A stretch of 64,000 nucleotides of DNA, from positions 11,350-75,349 of the forward strand of contig MQRK01176000.1 in the NCBI GenBank assembly GCA_001938485.1. Reading direction: 5' to 3'. The notes beneath the pieces were generated by a model, which was not told the DNA's origin, ran no database searches, and was given only the letters and a program-made list of their open reading frames with translations. Position numbers and translations under genes: made by a program. Position 1 is the stretch's first letter; every line of letters begins with the position of its first letter. The stretch comes from Girardia tigrina (lineage: Eukaryota). Below, piece by piece: positions 1-13,290 of this stretch.

Positions 1-116
1 GTATGAGACACTACACAATTACTCAATATTATGACATCATTGCCTAACCATTGACCTACTTTTTGCATTGTGCACAATCCGTTTTCTGAAATCCGCATTT
101 CATACTTGTACACCTA
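1..116 (-). mobile_element. Terminal part (TIR) of a mariner element, same family as 32292..33556
   Basis: 1..116 is nearly identical to 33440..33556 and ends in catttcatacttgtacacctaa followed by TA. Confidence 0.85.
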
Positions 117-269
117 ATAACTGAATTCTTTCACACGAGGGAGTAATATACAATAAGATATGAACGAATGCAGTAATGTAGTGGTCAATGTTTAATGTTG
201 TTTATTGTGCTTTTTGAAAATAGTGAAATATTTCCGATCGATGCAACAAACTCACATTGGACGTGTTAA

Positions 270-800
270 TTACGGTGTTACTAACATTGTTATAGTTGCG
301 ACTGATCTTAACGATTTACTCTCTTCAATTTCCATTGCTATTTCGACCTGTAATTCATCTAAAAGTGCTGCATTTTCCAGAATATCCACTTTATTCGCCA
401 ATCTCGTGACTTCAGCGGCGTATTCATCAATCGTGTTAAAATCAGACGATTGAATATTCTTTATTCTACGACACGCATCTTGACAAGTCATTCCATAAGC
501 CGCATCCATTACTCGAAACTCTTTCCAACGAAATCCTATGTTGCGTTTCAGACTAATTCATATATATGTTCAACTCACATCAACTAAATACAAACGGAAA
601 TAATAACGATATGTCTTTTACTAGCTGCATCTCCGCGGTCATCACAAATCGTTTCTTCCATAATTCACGCAAGGCCTCACCACTGAATTTCTCCACACAC
701 TCTAGAATTATTTTACAGCTCGTCATTGTCCGGATAGCTTGTAACATTTCGTAAATTAACAATAAAGAACGACGCACAACAAGGTTTATTTACTATCACA
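270..800 (-). pseudogene. Degenerate retrotransposon gag-like fragment
   Basis: Broken ORFs (ILECVEKFSGE..WKKRF; TIDEYAAEVTRLANK resembling gag 'V.EY..EL..LA'), preceded by a short TG..CA segment at ~740-800. Confidence 0.35.
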
Positions 801-1219
801 GTGGATCACACGTTTTTCGGATTATTGAATTATTAAAACAAATTATACTTCTTTTTTCATTTAATTATTTTTGTTAATAATTATCATGACCCTACAACTC
901 ATTATTCAATTGATTTTGTTCTTTATTCCGTTTACAGAGAGGATTATATTTATCTTTAATGTTTGAGATGGTACACCTATTACCCATGTATATTTGCAAA
1001 CAAGATGAGATCTCAAACCGAGAGGTATGAAAGGGAATTATTACTAAACATTTGACGAATTTTATAAAGTTGAGAAATAACATTTTTTTAAGTTTATCAT
1101 ATCAAGAATCACGTTTTTCAAAATTGATTATTTAAAATGCTGAATTAGGAGTTGATAAAATATTTAAGAAATATTTAACGAGTCAAATAATGGTAATATT
1201 AAAAATTTGAATTATGATA

Positions 1220-2538
1220 AGGTGTGTCCACTAAAAAAGTGCACAAGTTTTCAAACCATCATAACTTTTTAATTAGACCTTCGAATTGACGGAAATCTGA
1301 ACAAAGACTAGATCATAATAACAAAATAACTATTTTATTATATCAAACTATTAAGGCCATAAGAGTTAGCAAGCATTATTCTTTGTCTAAAATTTGCAAA
1401 TAATGTCCTAAAATATAAATTGTTAAACTGCTTTGCTTTAGTTTTGATTCTGCGAATCAANTGGTCTTCAGAATCGGCAGTCCAACCCTTTTCATACACC
1501 TTCTCCTTTAAATGAGGCCAAAACTTTTCAATTGGGCGTATTTGGGGAGCACAAGGTGGATTCGAATCTTTTTTGACAAATGTAATTTTGTTGTCCTCTA
1601 AGAACTTCAGACTTGCTGTGGCGTAGTGACAAGAAGCAAGATCTGGCCAGAAGATGAAGTGACCAGCTGGGTATTTCTCATTCAGATAAGGAAGCAAACG
1701 CTTAGTTAAGCACTCGGAGATATAAATATCCGAATTAGATGCTACAGATTTCCATTTTCTGATGTACAGGTTTGAAATGCCTCGTCTGGAAACAGTTGCC
1801 CAAACCAAAACTTTTACTGTGAATTTCTCTCGAAATTTAAGGCGAATATTATCAGGTACATCACCGAACTTCTTTTGGTCCACATAATAACCCGATGCCA
1901 TTGCTTTGGTGAGTGTAAAATACGACTCTTCCTCAAGTACAAATTCGGTTTGGTCTTTTCCACAACAATTTTAGCGAGATTTTGCAACCTGGCTTTCTAG
2001 CGAATAATCTGTGTCGGAGTAACCTTTGGGGCTTCTTTCCTCTTTAGAAACACTATGTTATTAGTCTTGAGCATCTTATGCACATAAGACTTTGAAACAT
2101 TTATTTCTCTACCTAACTTTCTCACACTTTGTCCAACAGTCAAAGTTGCACGCTGCAGAAGTCTCTTCCTTTTGTTTGACGTCATTTTAACAGGTTTCCT
2201 TTCACTTCCTACTTTTCTTTCAATGCTGCCGGTCTTCTCATAGCGTTGTATTATTGCATATATACCTCTTCTGGAAAAATGAATGCCAGTAAACTTTGTC
2301 ACAGTCTCACTTTTACTGTGCGTTTTTGAAAAAATTGATTATATCTTCATGTCGTTTTGAAATCATTATAATTATCTCTAAAATAAAACATATTAAACCA
2401 AAAATTTTAAATACCTGCTTTACTATTTCTAACCTATTAAAACAAATATTTAAATTCCAAATTTACGAAATTAAATAATATTACATTAAAAAGTTATGAT
2501 GGTTTTAAAACTTGTGCACTTTTTTAGTCGATACACCT
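1220..2538 (-). mobile_element. IS630-Tc1-mariner element, DD37E family, full length with disrupted transposase
   Basis: ~50-bp TIRs (aggtgtgtccactaaaaaagtgcacaagtttt / aaaacttgtgcacttttttagtcgatacacct) flanked by TA. ORFs 1997..2302 (HTH) and 1338..1901 carry WPD-x37-E (WPDLASCH...IRPIE). Confidence 0.9.
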
Positions 2539-2949
2539 TATAATGACATGACAATTCACGTTTATCATACTAAGGCTGCATAGTGTGACTTATAACGAAC
2601 CTGAATTGAGGTTTATTTTACCAGTTCTGCTCAATTCTCTGCTGCTGCGTTTGGTCACTTGTAATAATAGAAAATTATGGCGATTCAATATAATGTTCTG
2701 TGATAGTGACAAAAATTTGTAACTTTAGATTTTTTTTTAATGAATTATCTTTTGAGTAACTTTTCAGTTATTCCAATAAGTCTAGATCATTTAAATTTAG
2801 TATTATTTTCCAAATTTCAGTGTACATTTCTAAATCAGTTGCATAAAGAAATTTTAGGTTCTTGAATTATTTTAAAAATTATATATTTACTGACTTCTTT
2901 TAAAACTTTTTAATTATTTTTTTCGATTGTTTATTGAGCATTATTTCAG

Positions 2950-3374
2950 GTCTTCCGGGTTGCCGATTTTGTAGTCTTTTTCCTGAAATCGATTCTCAAT
3001 TTGGTAGTTTAGGAAACTTTTTTGACATTGATTTAGCCAATTATCCCGGTGGGTGGTCTGTTGATCCACCGTTTGTTAATAGTGTATTAGAGGATGCTTC
3101 AAAAAAAATATTAGAGGCTCTTGAAGCGGGTATAAAATCTCACTTTTTCTGTACATATCCTTTTTGGACAGATTGCAAGGGTTGGAAATTATTAAATGAA
3201 TCGCCATTTCTCGCAAAAGTTTATCATCGAAAAAGAGGTTGTCTTCTTCAAGATGCATACGGCAATATTATTCGTCCTCCCACCGGATATAGTCTATTTT
3301 GTCTAAGTTACACTTCAAATATCAATTTCGAATACTTAGATAAAATTGTTGACAATGTGAGTTTCTTAGAATAA
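2950..3374 (+). CDS. Terminal exon of a divergent PCIF1/CAPAM-like N6-adenosine methyltransferase
   Basis: FCSLFPEIDSQFGSLGNFFD...WSVDPPF...FFCTYPFW aligns with PCIF1 YCSAFPDTDGYFGSRG...FEANPPF...FIVFIPEW. Acceptor tttcag ends at 2949, the frame is open to TAA, and AATAAA overlaps the stop. Confidence 0.75.
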
Positions 3375-3817
3375 ATTTCATAAATATATATTATGCTTAT
3401 ATTTGGTCATAATTTTTTTAAATTTATGCTACTTTTAGCCTTTTGAAAATATAATTTTATTTGATGATCTATATATGATATCAAATCTTGGTTATTATCG
3501 TCATTATTATTACAATTTGTATATTAACTACATATTCTTTAACTAGTCCTCAAATGACGTGTTTCAAAATATTAATTGTGCATTCAGAAATTTAAATTCT
3601 CAATTTTACAAGATTATCATCACTGTACGAGTCACAAAATTTACTCTTAATAGTGCCAAACTTAAAAAAATAAAGAATTTAGTCATATTAACTGTTATAC
3701 CTTCCCCACTAAGACTTTTATCACTAGCCTGTCACCGAATTCTTTTCGATTGTATTATTACACATCAGTCAATGATATCAGTTATTAACATTATCAGTCC
3801 TGATAATTTCTTTATTA

Positions 3818-4560
3818 CGGTGACCAGAAAAAACACCACAGTGAAAAACACCATAATGGAAAAACATCACAAGTCTTGTTCTTTTTTTAAATTTTCGAAT
3901 TATTCTTCATTTAAAAAAAATTAGAAAAAAAATATTGATACCTACAACAGAATGTTTAATATTATGAAGACACTGCTTCCTACTTTTTCATCAAGAAAGA
4001 TTCTCGTTGATTTTGAGAAAGCGTGTATCTCAGCATCACTAATTGCCGTTCCGAGTACCGAAGTAAATGTATGCTATTTTCATCTTTGTCAGAGCCTCGT
4101 GAGAAAAATAAGAACTGTTGGGTTAAAAATTGAGTTTGAGACTGACATTGAAGTCAGGTTAAAATTAAAGTCGTTAGCTGCCTTGGCATTTGTGCCTCAA
4201 GATTATGTCAGAGAATTGTTTAGTATACTTGCAGCAACTTTTCCTGATGAAGAAAGTTATAATGGTATGGTAACTTACTTCTTCTCTACATATATTGAGG
4301 GTGCTACGGGAAGAAATCTTCAATTTCCTATCAGGATTTGGAACCAATATGAAGCTGCAACTGAAGAATCACCAAAGACAACAAACTGTTGTGAAGGTTT
4401 TCACAATTCACTTAATGCTGTTTTACACTGCAGCAATCCAAGTATCTGGTCTCTCTTTTCTGGGCATCAGATTGACATTACTAACAAGAAACTGATATTG
4501 ATAAAAGCTAGGGATGGTCAACCAGAAGTAAAGAAGAGAAAGTATGAGCTTTTAATAATT
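3818..4560 (+). mobile_element. MULE (Mutator-like) transposase remnant, C-terminal half
   Basis: ORF 3952..4650 has DFEKA, CYFHLCQ, LAFVP and TTNCCEGFHN. Repeated aaaaacaccac subterminal motifs at ~3820-3875. Confidence 0.85.
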
Positions 4561-5903
4561 AAAAACATATCTTTGCTTTTACTCTTTTCAAATTTTATTC
4601 ATTTTGTAATAAGGGAATCTGCCGTCTCTATGGTGTGTCAGGTAAAATAGTTGACTGAAAAAGGTGTATCAGTAATTTATTGGGTTCGGCAAATCATTTC
4701 GTTTTTTTGTATTAAAGTAAAAGACAAATTTTTATGACGAATAAATATTTTATTGAAATACATATTGACCATTGTGTTTCAATACCTTCTTCCATCTTCC
4801 TGGCAGTGACATGATTCCACGTTCATAAAATATTTATTCTTTGCTGCTGAAAAACTTTTCCAGGTGATTTATAACATCTTCATTTGATCCAAAAGTGTTA
4901 CCATCTAAATAATTTTTAGAGACCGGAACAAATGATAATCAGATGGTGCGAGGTCTGGAGAATATGGTTGGTGAGGTATGATGTTCATCCAAGCTGTAAA
5001 AGCTTTTGGCGAGTTACCAAACTTGTGTGAGGTCTGGCATTATCTTGGTGAAACACTACACCTTTTCTATTTATCAATTCTGGCCTTTTGTGTTTACGGG
5101 ACTCATTTAATTTGTCCAGCTGATAACAGTATACATCCGTATTGATCGTAGTTTTGTCCGGAAGAAGCTCATAAAATACGATTCCTTTGAAATCCCACAA
5201 AGCAGATAGCATCACTTTTTTTGATGAATGTCAGCTTTCGAAGTGCTTTGAGCAGGTTAATCTTTTTTACTCCAAGATCTCTTGCGTATCACATTATTGT
5301 AGACTACCCATTTCGCATCTCTAGTGACGATGCGCTTCCAAAATGGATCATTTTCTTGATGTTTGAGAAGTATATCGCAGATGTCTAAACGACAGCATAA
5401 ATTTCGTTCCGTAAGATTATGAGGAATCCATGTGTCGAGTTTTGATGTGAAACCTAGACACTTCAAATGATCATGGACGGTCGGATTAGATGAATGTAAT
5501 GTCTGGGCAATTTCGCGAGTTGTTATTTGCCGGGTTGAATCAATTAATGCCTTTATTATGTCTTAATCGGCCTCAATGGGCCTTCCGGAACGTGAAGAAT
5601 CTTCAACATCAAAATTTCCGGATCTAAATTTTTTAAACCAGTTTTGCCATACGCGTTCTGTCAACACATCTTCTCCATACACTTCGCATAATTTTCTTCT
5701 TGTTTGTACAGCATCTTTACCTTTTCGGAAGTAAAAAAGTAATACATGCCGTAAATGCTGATTCTTGCTGTCCATCTTTGATAGGTCAAAAATCAAATAT
5801 AAATGTTTTTAATTATTCCAAAATTTTCCAAATCTAACTTTGATTACCAACTGCTAAAATAAATAATATAGTCAATGATTATTAATATAAAAAATACATT
5901 TAA

Positions 5904-6583
5904 AACAAGTATTAATATTATTGATAAAAAAATTTTTTTATATAAACAACCACGTTTTTCAAGCATTACCATTGCACTAAAAAGAGGAAAATAATTTTTT
6001 TTCTAGACATGTGCGAAATTTTATACCTAACCAAAAACGTGGGGCGGATTTCTAAATTACTGCTATTAGTAACTGCCATTTCCTCTTTACTGCTTTTTAG
6101 TAACAATCTATCATTTCTATGCCTCACGTTTTTGGTTAGGTATAAAATTTCGCACATGTCTAGAAAAAAAATTATTTTCCTCTTTTTAGTGCATTGNNNN
6201 NNNNNNNNNNNNNNNNNNNNNNNNNNNNNNNNNNNNNNNNNNNNNNNTTTAGTTATCATTTAGGAATTCAAATCTTTCGATTGATTTCGAATAACAGAAA
6301 TGATAATAAAACCAAAATAACAAAGTTTTATTTTAATAAAAGCAAGTTTTCTTTCAAAATAATTTTTTTGTACGTATTAATTAATATTATTGATTTTTTT
6401 CATAAAGTTAAATTATAGCATATGCGGTTTATGTAGAGCCGTAAATGTTTTAAAATATTGTATTGTCATCGGAACCAAGCCTGTATAAAAAATTCAGCTC
6501 AATTGGATGACTGAAAGTGGTCGAAAAATCAATCGCAAGATTTGTTCCAGACAAGAAAGCAAGCTAATAAAAACGTGGTAAAA
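5904..6583 (-). mobile_element. Helentron-associated (DINE-1/HINE-like) non-autonomous element inserted in the mariner
   Basis: Subterminal inverted repeat ccacgtttt (~5950) / aaaacgtgg (~6570), minus-strand cttgtt end, core aaattcagctcaattggatg, inserted in an A/T run. Confidence 0.55.
5970..6196. mobile_element. Foldback MITE with ~75-bp near-perfect inverted arms
   Basis: tgcactaaaaagaggaaaataatttttttctagacatgtgcgaaattttatacctaaccaaaaacgtg and its reverse complement ending at 6196; the right end abuts an N gap. Confidence 0.75.
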
Positions 6584-8211
6584 AAACGAAAAGACTTTCC
6601 GAACAACAATAGTTTGATATCTTACCAAAGCTATTGATTTTCGTTTATCGTCCTCATAATTGAACTATGGTCTCTAAAAATCTGTTTCTTTGTTATTTTT
6701 TAAATACCTTTATTATTAACACATTTGGTCATTACGTTGTGAGATTAGTCACACAATTCCTATTGGCTAATCTAAGTTATTGTGCTTTATTTTAACATTA
6801 TTATTTTCAGTTTGACAAAACCAACACAGAAGATTTTTATTTATTAAATTTTCTGTAAAAATAATTTCAAACTGTACATCTTTAATTTTGGAAAAGGTTA
6901 TTGAAAATTAAAGTTTAATTATAACTTTATTGTGGGATGAAACATATTTATTTAAACGGAGGATTACTTTGCAAATTAATTTGGTGGCATTTTTTCTACT
7001 TTTCAACTTTTTTTATTAATTATCAATCTGTTAGACTTTTAAATGCTTTTTAATTATGTTTTAAAGTAAAATAGACAACCGATTTATCTAGTCTACGGAA
7101 ATAGTGTTCTTACTGAATTTTCGGACTTGCCTTATCAAAAGGTAACATCGCACTTTGGTATTAACTCAAATAGTTTTCTGAAAGGTTAAAAATACTCAGT
7201 TTCCTGTTTAGATGTTAGGAATGCATGCTTGAGTGATGTAGCACAGTTATCAATGAGTGCATACTTCTGCGAATAACTCAGTTGCAACATGATATGTTCC
7301 AAATAATAACATCTCCCAATAGAAAGTTATCATTGCAACTTGTAACTTTTAATGCACTGTAATATCCTGCGAAGATTTTAATCTTAGTAGCGGAATCTGC
7401 TCTCTTTGTGTTTACGTTTAAGAGAGTGGTGTATTCCGTTGCTTCAGCTGACATGAGACTGCTCCACTGCATAATTGTTTGTCAACGTACTTTGTTAAAG
7501 TATTAAATGCTTTCGATTTTTTTTAAAATGATAATTACATAACTTTAATTTAAAATTTTTAAAAATTAAAAATAATATTTCATGTTACTTAAATAAACAA
7601 TTTCGTAAAACATCACCATTTAATAAATATAAAAAGCGAATACCTGGGCTATTTTGTGTCGCTATCTTTTATAGAATCACCATGTTTTTATACATTTTTA
7701 TCATTATCAAAATTTGAATTGTCTCTAGAACAGCTCTTCACAAGACTTTTATCACTGAGATTAACATAAATGTGCTGTTAATATTTGATTTACACACTTT
7801 TTAGACACTTTCCTCAAATTTGTTATTTTTTAGTGGGTTAAAATGAAAGTTTATGTAAACAGCTAACACTAATATACTCTTTAGGTAAGAATTAGTTAAG
7901 TCATTCTTTAAGGTTAATATATGATTAAAGATAACAAGTAGTAAAATTTGTATTAACTCTAAAATGGTACTACGTTATTTTTAGGAGTAATTTCACTTGA
8001 AACAGTTAACTATGCGTTCCTAAATATGTTGAACGTTATATGTTTTTTGTACCGTAGCCATTGGGCCATGGGTGCTCTCAAATAGGCACAAAAATTATGG
8101 CTTGGGTTTGCATATGTTTGAGTGTCTCAGTAAGCAAGTAACCTGGTAGCGACTATCTCCTCTCCAGGTATGGATGGTCTCTAGCTCCAAGGAGCTCATC
8201 CGCCCTTTGGC

Positions 8212-8980
8212 CAGTGGTGGATTTAGCTATACGACCGCTCCCAACGACCCTGTTGGATTCTAAATGGCGCCCCCAAGATTACTTTTATAAATGTGTAGTT
8301 TTGTGTACAAAAATTAGCTGCATTATGATTAAGTTTCATCCTTAACACTGACACAAGTTCTGTGATGCAGAAGAACTAAATGGATTGGTTTGGTATGTAT
8401 TATTAACGTGTACACTGAAACATATTGCTGCTGATGCTTTGCTATTTGTAATATTACCATGTCGTGTTGTTAGACATAGATGATGCAGTAGTTTAGCAGG
8501 CATAATATTTAGATGAATGACGGTGAATGCAGAGACTTCGAGCAAAGAACCCAAAACGAGAGAGGCCCGACCGTAGAGGAGTCAGTCGGAGCCTTACAGT
8601 AAGCAATTTTGAATTTAACCGTAATCGTAAAAGTAGTTTATTTTCTTGTGTCAGTGTTAAGGATGAAACTTAATCATAATGCAGCTAATTCTTGTACACA
8701 AACTACATATTTATAAAAGTCATCTTGGGGGCGCCATTTAGAATCTTATTATTAAAAGTCGGTAATAATGACGGGTGAACAAAACTTCATTATTTTTAAT
8801 AGTTATTTATTTTTCGGTGCTGCCTACCGCTGGAACAAGACAGCGGGGAGCGTACAAATCGTGTATATTATAGTATTTACTCAATATTAAAATTAGTATG
8901 GCTAATACTACCTTTATCCTTTTTGGCGCCCCCTGAAAGTTTTCTCGCCCCCCACGCACCAAAATCTAAATCCGCCACTG
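8212..8980. mobile_element. Non-autonomous hAT element
   Basis: TIRs cagtggtggatttag / ctaaatccgccactg, 8-bp TSD cctttggc/cctttgac, internal ~100-bp inverted repeat (8256..8357 vs 8645..8746). Confidence 0.85.
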
Positions 8981-9018
8981 CCTTTGACAGATTTAGTTTT
9001 TCATCCTGACAGATGTCA

Positions 9019-10050
9019 ATTAGGGATATGACTTCGGAATAACATTTTAACGGTATACCAGCAAGAAAGGGCATTTTACTAGATAATCACAAAATTATAT
9101 ACAATTGTATTCAATTATAAAAAAATGTCACCCACCAAGTAGTCTAAAGATTTGTATTCTACCACATCATTACGGTCATAGTCAACTACAAATGCGCCTA
9201 TTCATCAAGCATCATTAGATAACAGGAAACGTAAACAAAGTTTTCTACTGAATGACAGAGAGGAGCAATGTCTTGTAAAACTCTTATTGACCTCTCAGCA
9301 CACAAATAACTACGGTGAGTTGTTATAGGGTAAGGAGTTTGACCAGTGTTTATCCAGGCAGCATAAGGCCTTTGGATAAGGAAGAACTGCATCAATTCCT
9401 ACAAGAAGGTTGTACTGGTCTGGACAGTACAATTGATCACTGAACCAAGCACCGAAAATAAATCTGCATACTTCTTCTGCATGTTCTCCCTCAGAAGTCA
9501 ACAATATGTAGGCTAACAAGGTAAATATTGCGTGTGAGTTCCAACGGGCATTACTGATGCCGGGCAGTGCACCAAAGTTAATGTTAGACATAATGTTGAA
9601 ATTTTGATAATGTTTAACCCTTAACGGGGCAGTTGTTAACATTTTGTTAACAACTGACGTTTAGAGTGCTGTAACTCTACTTTGAAAACTCTGAATCGAA
9701 AACCGTTTAAGGACGATGCCACTTTTTACCTTCGCACGGGCAACTTTGCTGATGGCACTAACTTAATCGCACTACATGTTGACTGCTGCGAACATTGTTT
9801 ACGCGCCTGAAAGGGAAACATTTGTGCCTCATAATCTTCATCATCATCATCCCCATCACCAATTTATAAAATAAAAGGTCAATTGGTTTCAATGGTAAAA
9901 TTTGAAAATTCTAAAAATGGTTTGGTGGGTGAACGTTTTTCAAGTAACTAGCATAATTTCGGTGTACTTATTTCTATTTCATAAAAGTTCACCCACTACT
10001 GCTATGCCAAATCATTTTTTCGCAATTTTTAAAAAAGTCATATGCTTAAT
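9019..10050 (-). mobile_element. Internally deleted hAT-related (hATm-like) DNA transposon
   Basis: Imperfect TIRs ttagggatatgactt / aagtcatatgcttaa. Transposase remnant PGISNARWNSHAIF...CAERSIRVLQD resembles the ARW..AIY / AER.VK family. Confidence 0.6.
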
Positions 10051-10569
10051 GTCCACACATACTCTTCACCTATGTTGCTCTGTGTGAGGGAGGCAGTTTA
10101 GTCGCCAACTATTCGGCCATGGGACAGATATTACAGGTTTACATAATACCTGTTGCAGACAGCTTGCCTGAACAGACCTGTGGTCAATTGTTGTAGAGTA
10201 CTAATAAAGTTGTATTGAATAACACATATATCTATAAGTCCACACACAGAGAGAACTCTGGGGGATTAAATACAACTTGGAGAGTTGGAATCACAATCCA
10301 GATTATGTGAACACGCTTTTTATAAATACTCAGATATGATAATAGTTGATATAGTAACAGTGGAATGCCAACTGTTTTTATAAGTAAGGAATTATTACAT
10401 ATAAATGAATATATAAACATGAGATATGGGTATTTTACAGCGTGCAATGTAGAAATAATAGAGATAATAGAAAAAGAAGGACTATAATATGAATAATTTT
10501 GTATTATATATAATTTTGGCACGCTTTTTATAAATAAACTATATTATAGTACGCTATAATCAGATTATT

Positions 10570-12440
10570 CATGGTCGAATAATTCGTCCAGTGCTTCTCA
10601 GTCAGCATCTGAGTCGATCTCACTTTCTGGTTTAGGATGTATGTCATCCAGGAGTGAGATCTCGGCAGAGTTTTCGGGCACAACCAGGGATTCTACCAGC
10701 TCGATGGGCTTCAAGTGTGAAATGTTGAGCTTGATGCTATCTCGATGGAATTGTCATTGTGCATTTGTCCAGCGAATATTTGGCAAAACACAATGGCGTG
10801 CGATGTGTAAAATTGTGTGACTGTGAAACCCTATGGTTCGTAGTGTGTCAGTGCTAATGCGTGGTCAGGTGCCCGGGGTTCTCACTGCTATTGTCAGGAC
10901 CTTTACTGTCCATTTTTGCATCACCCCTTTTATGTTATTTGCCAAATCCTTGTTATAGAATCTGTTGGCCTCGTCACTACGGTCGATGCATGTATCAGTT
11001 TGGTAGGGACATTCCACATCAACTAGAAGAATGGTAGAATTTCTAGGGAATTTCAAGACGATATCTGGTCGAAGCTTACTACCAGTAAACTGACAATCAG
11101 AATCCACTGTCACTTCAGCATCAGTGTGCATTCTGATTTGTGAGGCAAGGAAATAAACAATGGAGTTATGCCGATAGGTCCAAAAGATTTTAGAATTTTC
11201 GCAACAGACAAGGACATGTGATAGATTTTCTTGTTCAAGCTCACAACAACGACAGATTTCTTTAAACTTATCCTCTGGTATCGCAAGCACTGGAAGTGTA
11301 ACAGTGTTGCATTGATGGACAAGATACCATTCAGAGATTGTCAATTCACCCGAGTATATGACAGATTTGTTGATTCGGGGCTCAGAGATTGACTTGGAGA
11401 AGCGGCCAGCACTTCTTTGTCGAACAGTATGTCCAAGCATTTGGACTTCTCTCTTTATTGTTGAAAGAGATGATGTACGACGTGGAGTTGAAGCTCGATA
11501 TTCCTTGGTTGATATACAAAAAGACTTCACCATCAATCAATTTAAATTTAGTATTGAACATTTGTCTGGACGAAAGTTGAGACCGAGAGTGATTGCAATT
11601 TGTTGGGCCGCAAATGCAAGTTCAGTGGCTGAGGTTTTATCAATCGCCAGAATAATCAGGTCATCAGCATACACAAGACAACAAATTCTATGATTACCGA
11701 TCTTAATGTCACCACATAGAATTTGGTCCAGAAGAAGCAGCATAGGGTTGATGCTAATGTTAAAGAGGATCATGGACAATGGAAAACCTTGCCTTACTCC
11801 AATATTAATTGCAATGTCCTCTGTCTTTAATGGTCCACAGATTATTCGATGGTGGCAATCGTTATACAACTGTTTGATCAAGTTGCACGAAGGAATAGAA
11901 AGACCAATGTGAATAGAAATAATGTCGATAGAAATCGTGCCAAATGCGTCCTCAATGTCCATGAATAGAGCATGGATAGGTGTTTTAACCAAGTGGTTTT
12001 CATATTTATCCAGTATTGCTCGGATGAGGAGATTGTGCTCAGTGAACCGTCATGAGGGCAAAGACTCTTTGAGAAGGTGAATCAAGTTATTTTCTATACA
12101 CCAGTGATGAAGAACAGAAGCAAGGACAGATGTGAATAGTTTATATTGGCAGTCTAAGAGTGCAAGAGGTCTCCATGATGATACATTGTGGTAGTTGCTC
12201 TGTTTCATAGGTTTTGGGATTAGAAAGGTATCAAACTTTTTCCAATACTCAGTGATTACTCCTTCCGCAATAATTCGGTTAAAATGTTTAAGGTGGAGCG
12301 ACAGGTCCGGATCACAGTATATGATGTCATTTATATACAATATTAGATCGGCCAGGTGCACAATTCTGTTTTAAAACCTTGAAAGTTGCCAACGGCCGTT
12401 GCTTGCTTGATTTCTGAGATCGGACGAAATCCGGCTTACC
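10570..12440 (-). mobile_element. RLE-type non-LTR retrotransposon (NeSL/R4/R2-like), 5'-truncated and degenerate
   Basis: RT motifs WRPLALL, MDIEDAFGTI, GVRQG.PLS, YADD; CCHC CRCC..HVLVCC; RHNSIV; PDIV..DVECP endonuclease. Confidence 0.85.
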
Positions 12441-13290
12441 CAAATGCGGTCATTGTATACAACCAAAATTTATTATTTTCAATTATCATTATTATTAAGT
12501 TGACTTGCATTTTTTAACTTGTACCACAATAGCCCCGAAAACAGGAAGGGTTTAGATAAGACATGAAAAAGCAAAGACATGTCGGGAAATTAATTCGCTA
12601 TAATACGAATTTCTTGGAAGATATATGAAGCTCTGTTTGAGATTATCTTGATAGAATATAATAAAAGAGAAAATAATTTTCTATTTATCTTTGCTCGATA
12701 TGTAATTATTTTACAAATGTTTATTTTCTATATCCTATTTATATTTACTTTCAAATATATCAACTGATGAATTGTTGTATATCTTTTTACATTTTGATCA
12801 TGTTTGTTTTGCGATTTTTTAATATGAAAAATTTATTTCAGACAGAATATATTAAATAAAATTGACTTTGAAGAGAGATCTGAGTTTTGGTTTTGGAAGT
12901 TAGCAATTATTATAAAAATGCTTTTTCTTCTACTCAAAGTAATTTTGAATGATTTTGTTTAAAATTTTTAAAATATATTTGTATAGATTTATAATATTTG
13001 AAAAAAGAGCCAAAGATTTAAATATATCAAACTATTAAACTTATGTTTCTTGATGGTTCATCCACAGAAACCGATCTGTGTTGAATTACGTTTGCTTCTG
13101 AATTTGTGTTTTTCTTTTTGTACAAACATTTCAACAACTTGGCTATTTTTTTGATAAATCATTATATTTTTGAAGATTTGAAATATTTATATTTTCACGA
13201 ATATTTTCTTTGAAAAAACTTTAACTAAATGATAACAAAAATTAGTGTCGGATCTTCACAGATAACGTAATAATTATCATATGGTACTAC

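Larger units (their letters stand above)
4680..6609 (-). mobile_element. Mariner (DD34D) element, disrupted, with an insertion near its 5' end
   Basis: WIPHNL, HQDNARPH and YSPDLAPSD motifs. TIRs ttgggttcgg.. / ..tttccgaacaacaa with TA. Close copy of 57827..59094. Confidence 0.9.
8050..10181 (-). repeat. Copy 1 of an unclassified ~300-bp SINE-like element, split by two DNA transposon insertions
   Basis: 8050..8211, 8981..9017 and 10049..10181 are collinear with 56131..56434. Confidence 0.8.

Noticed and set aside
5966-6263. Similar ORFs on both strands
   Set aside because: A consequence of the foldback MITE palindrome, not coding
10189-10562. Possible solo LTR with TG..CA inverted ends
   Set aside because: No matching TSD and no second copy in the window, so not supportable
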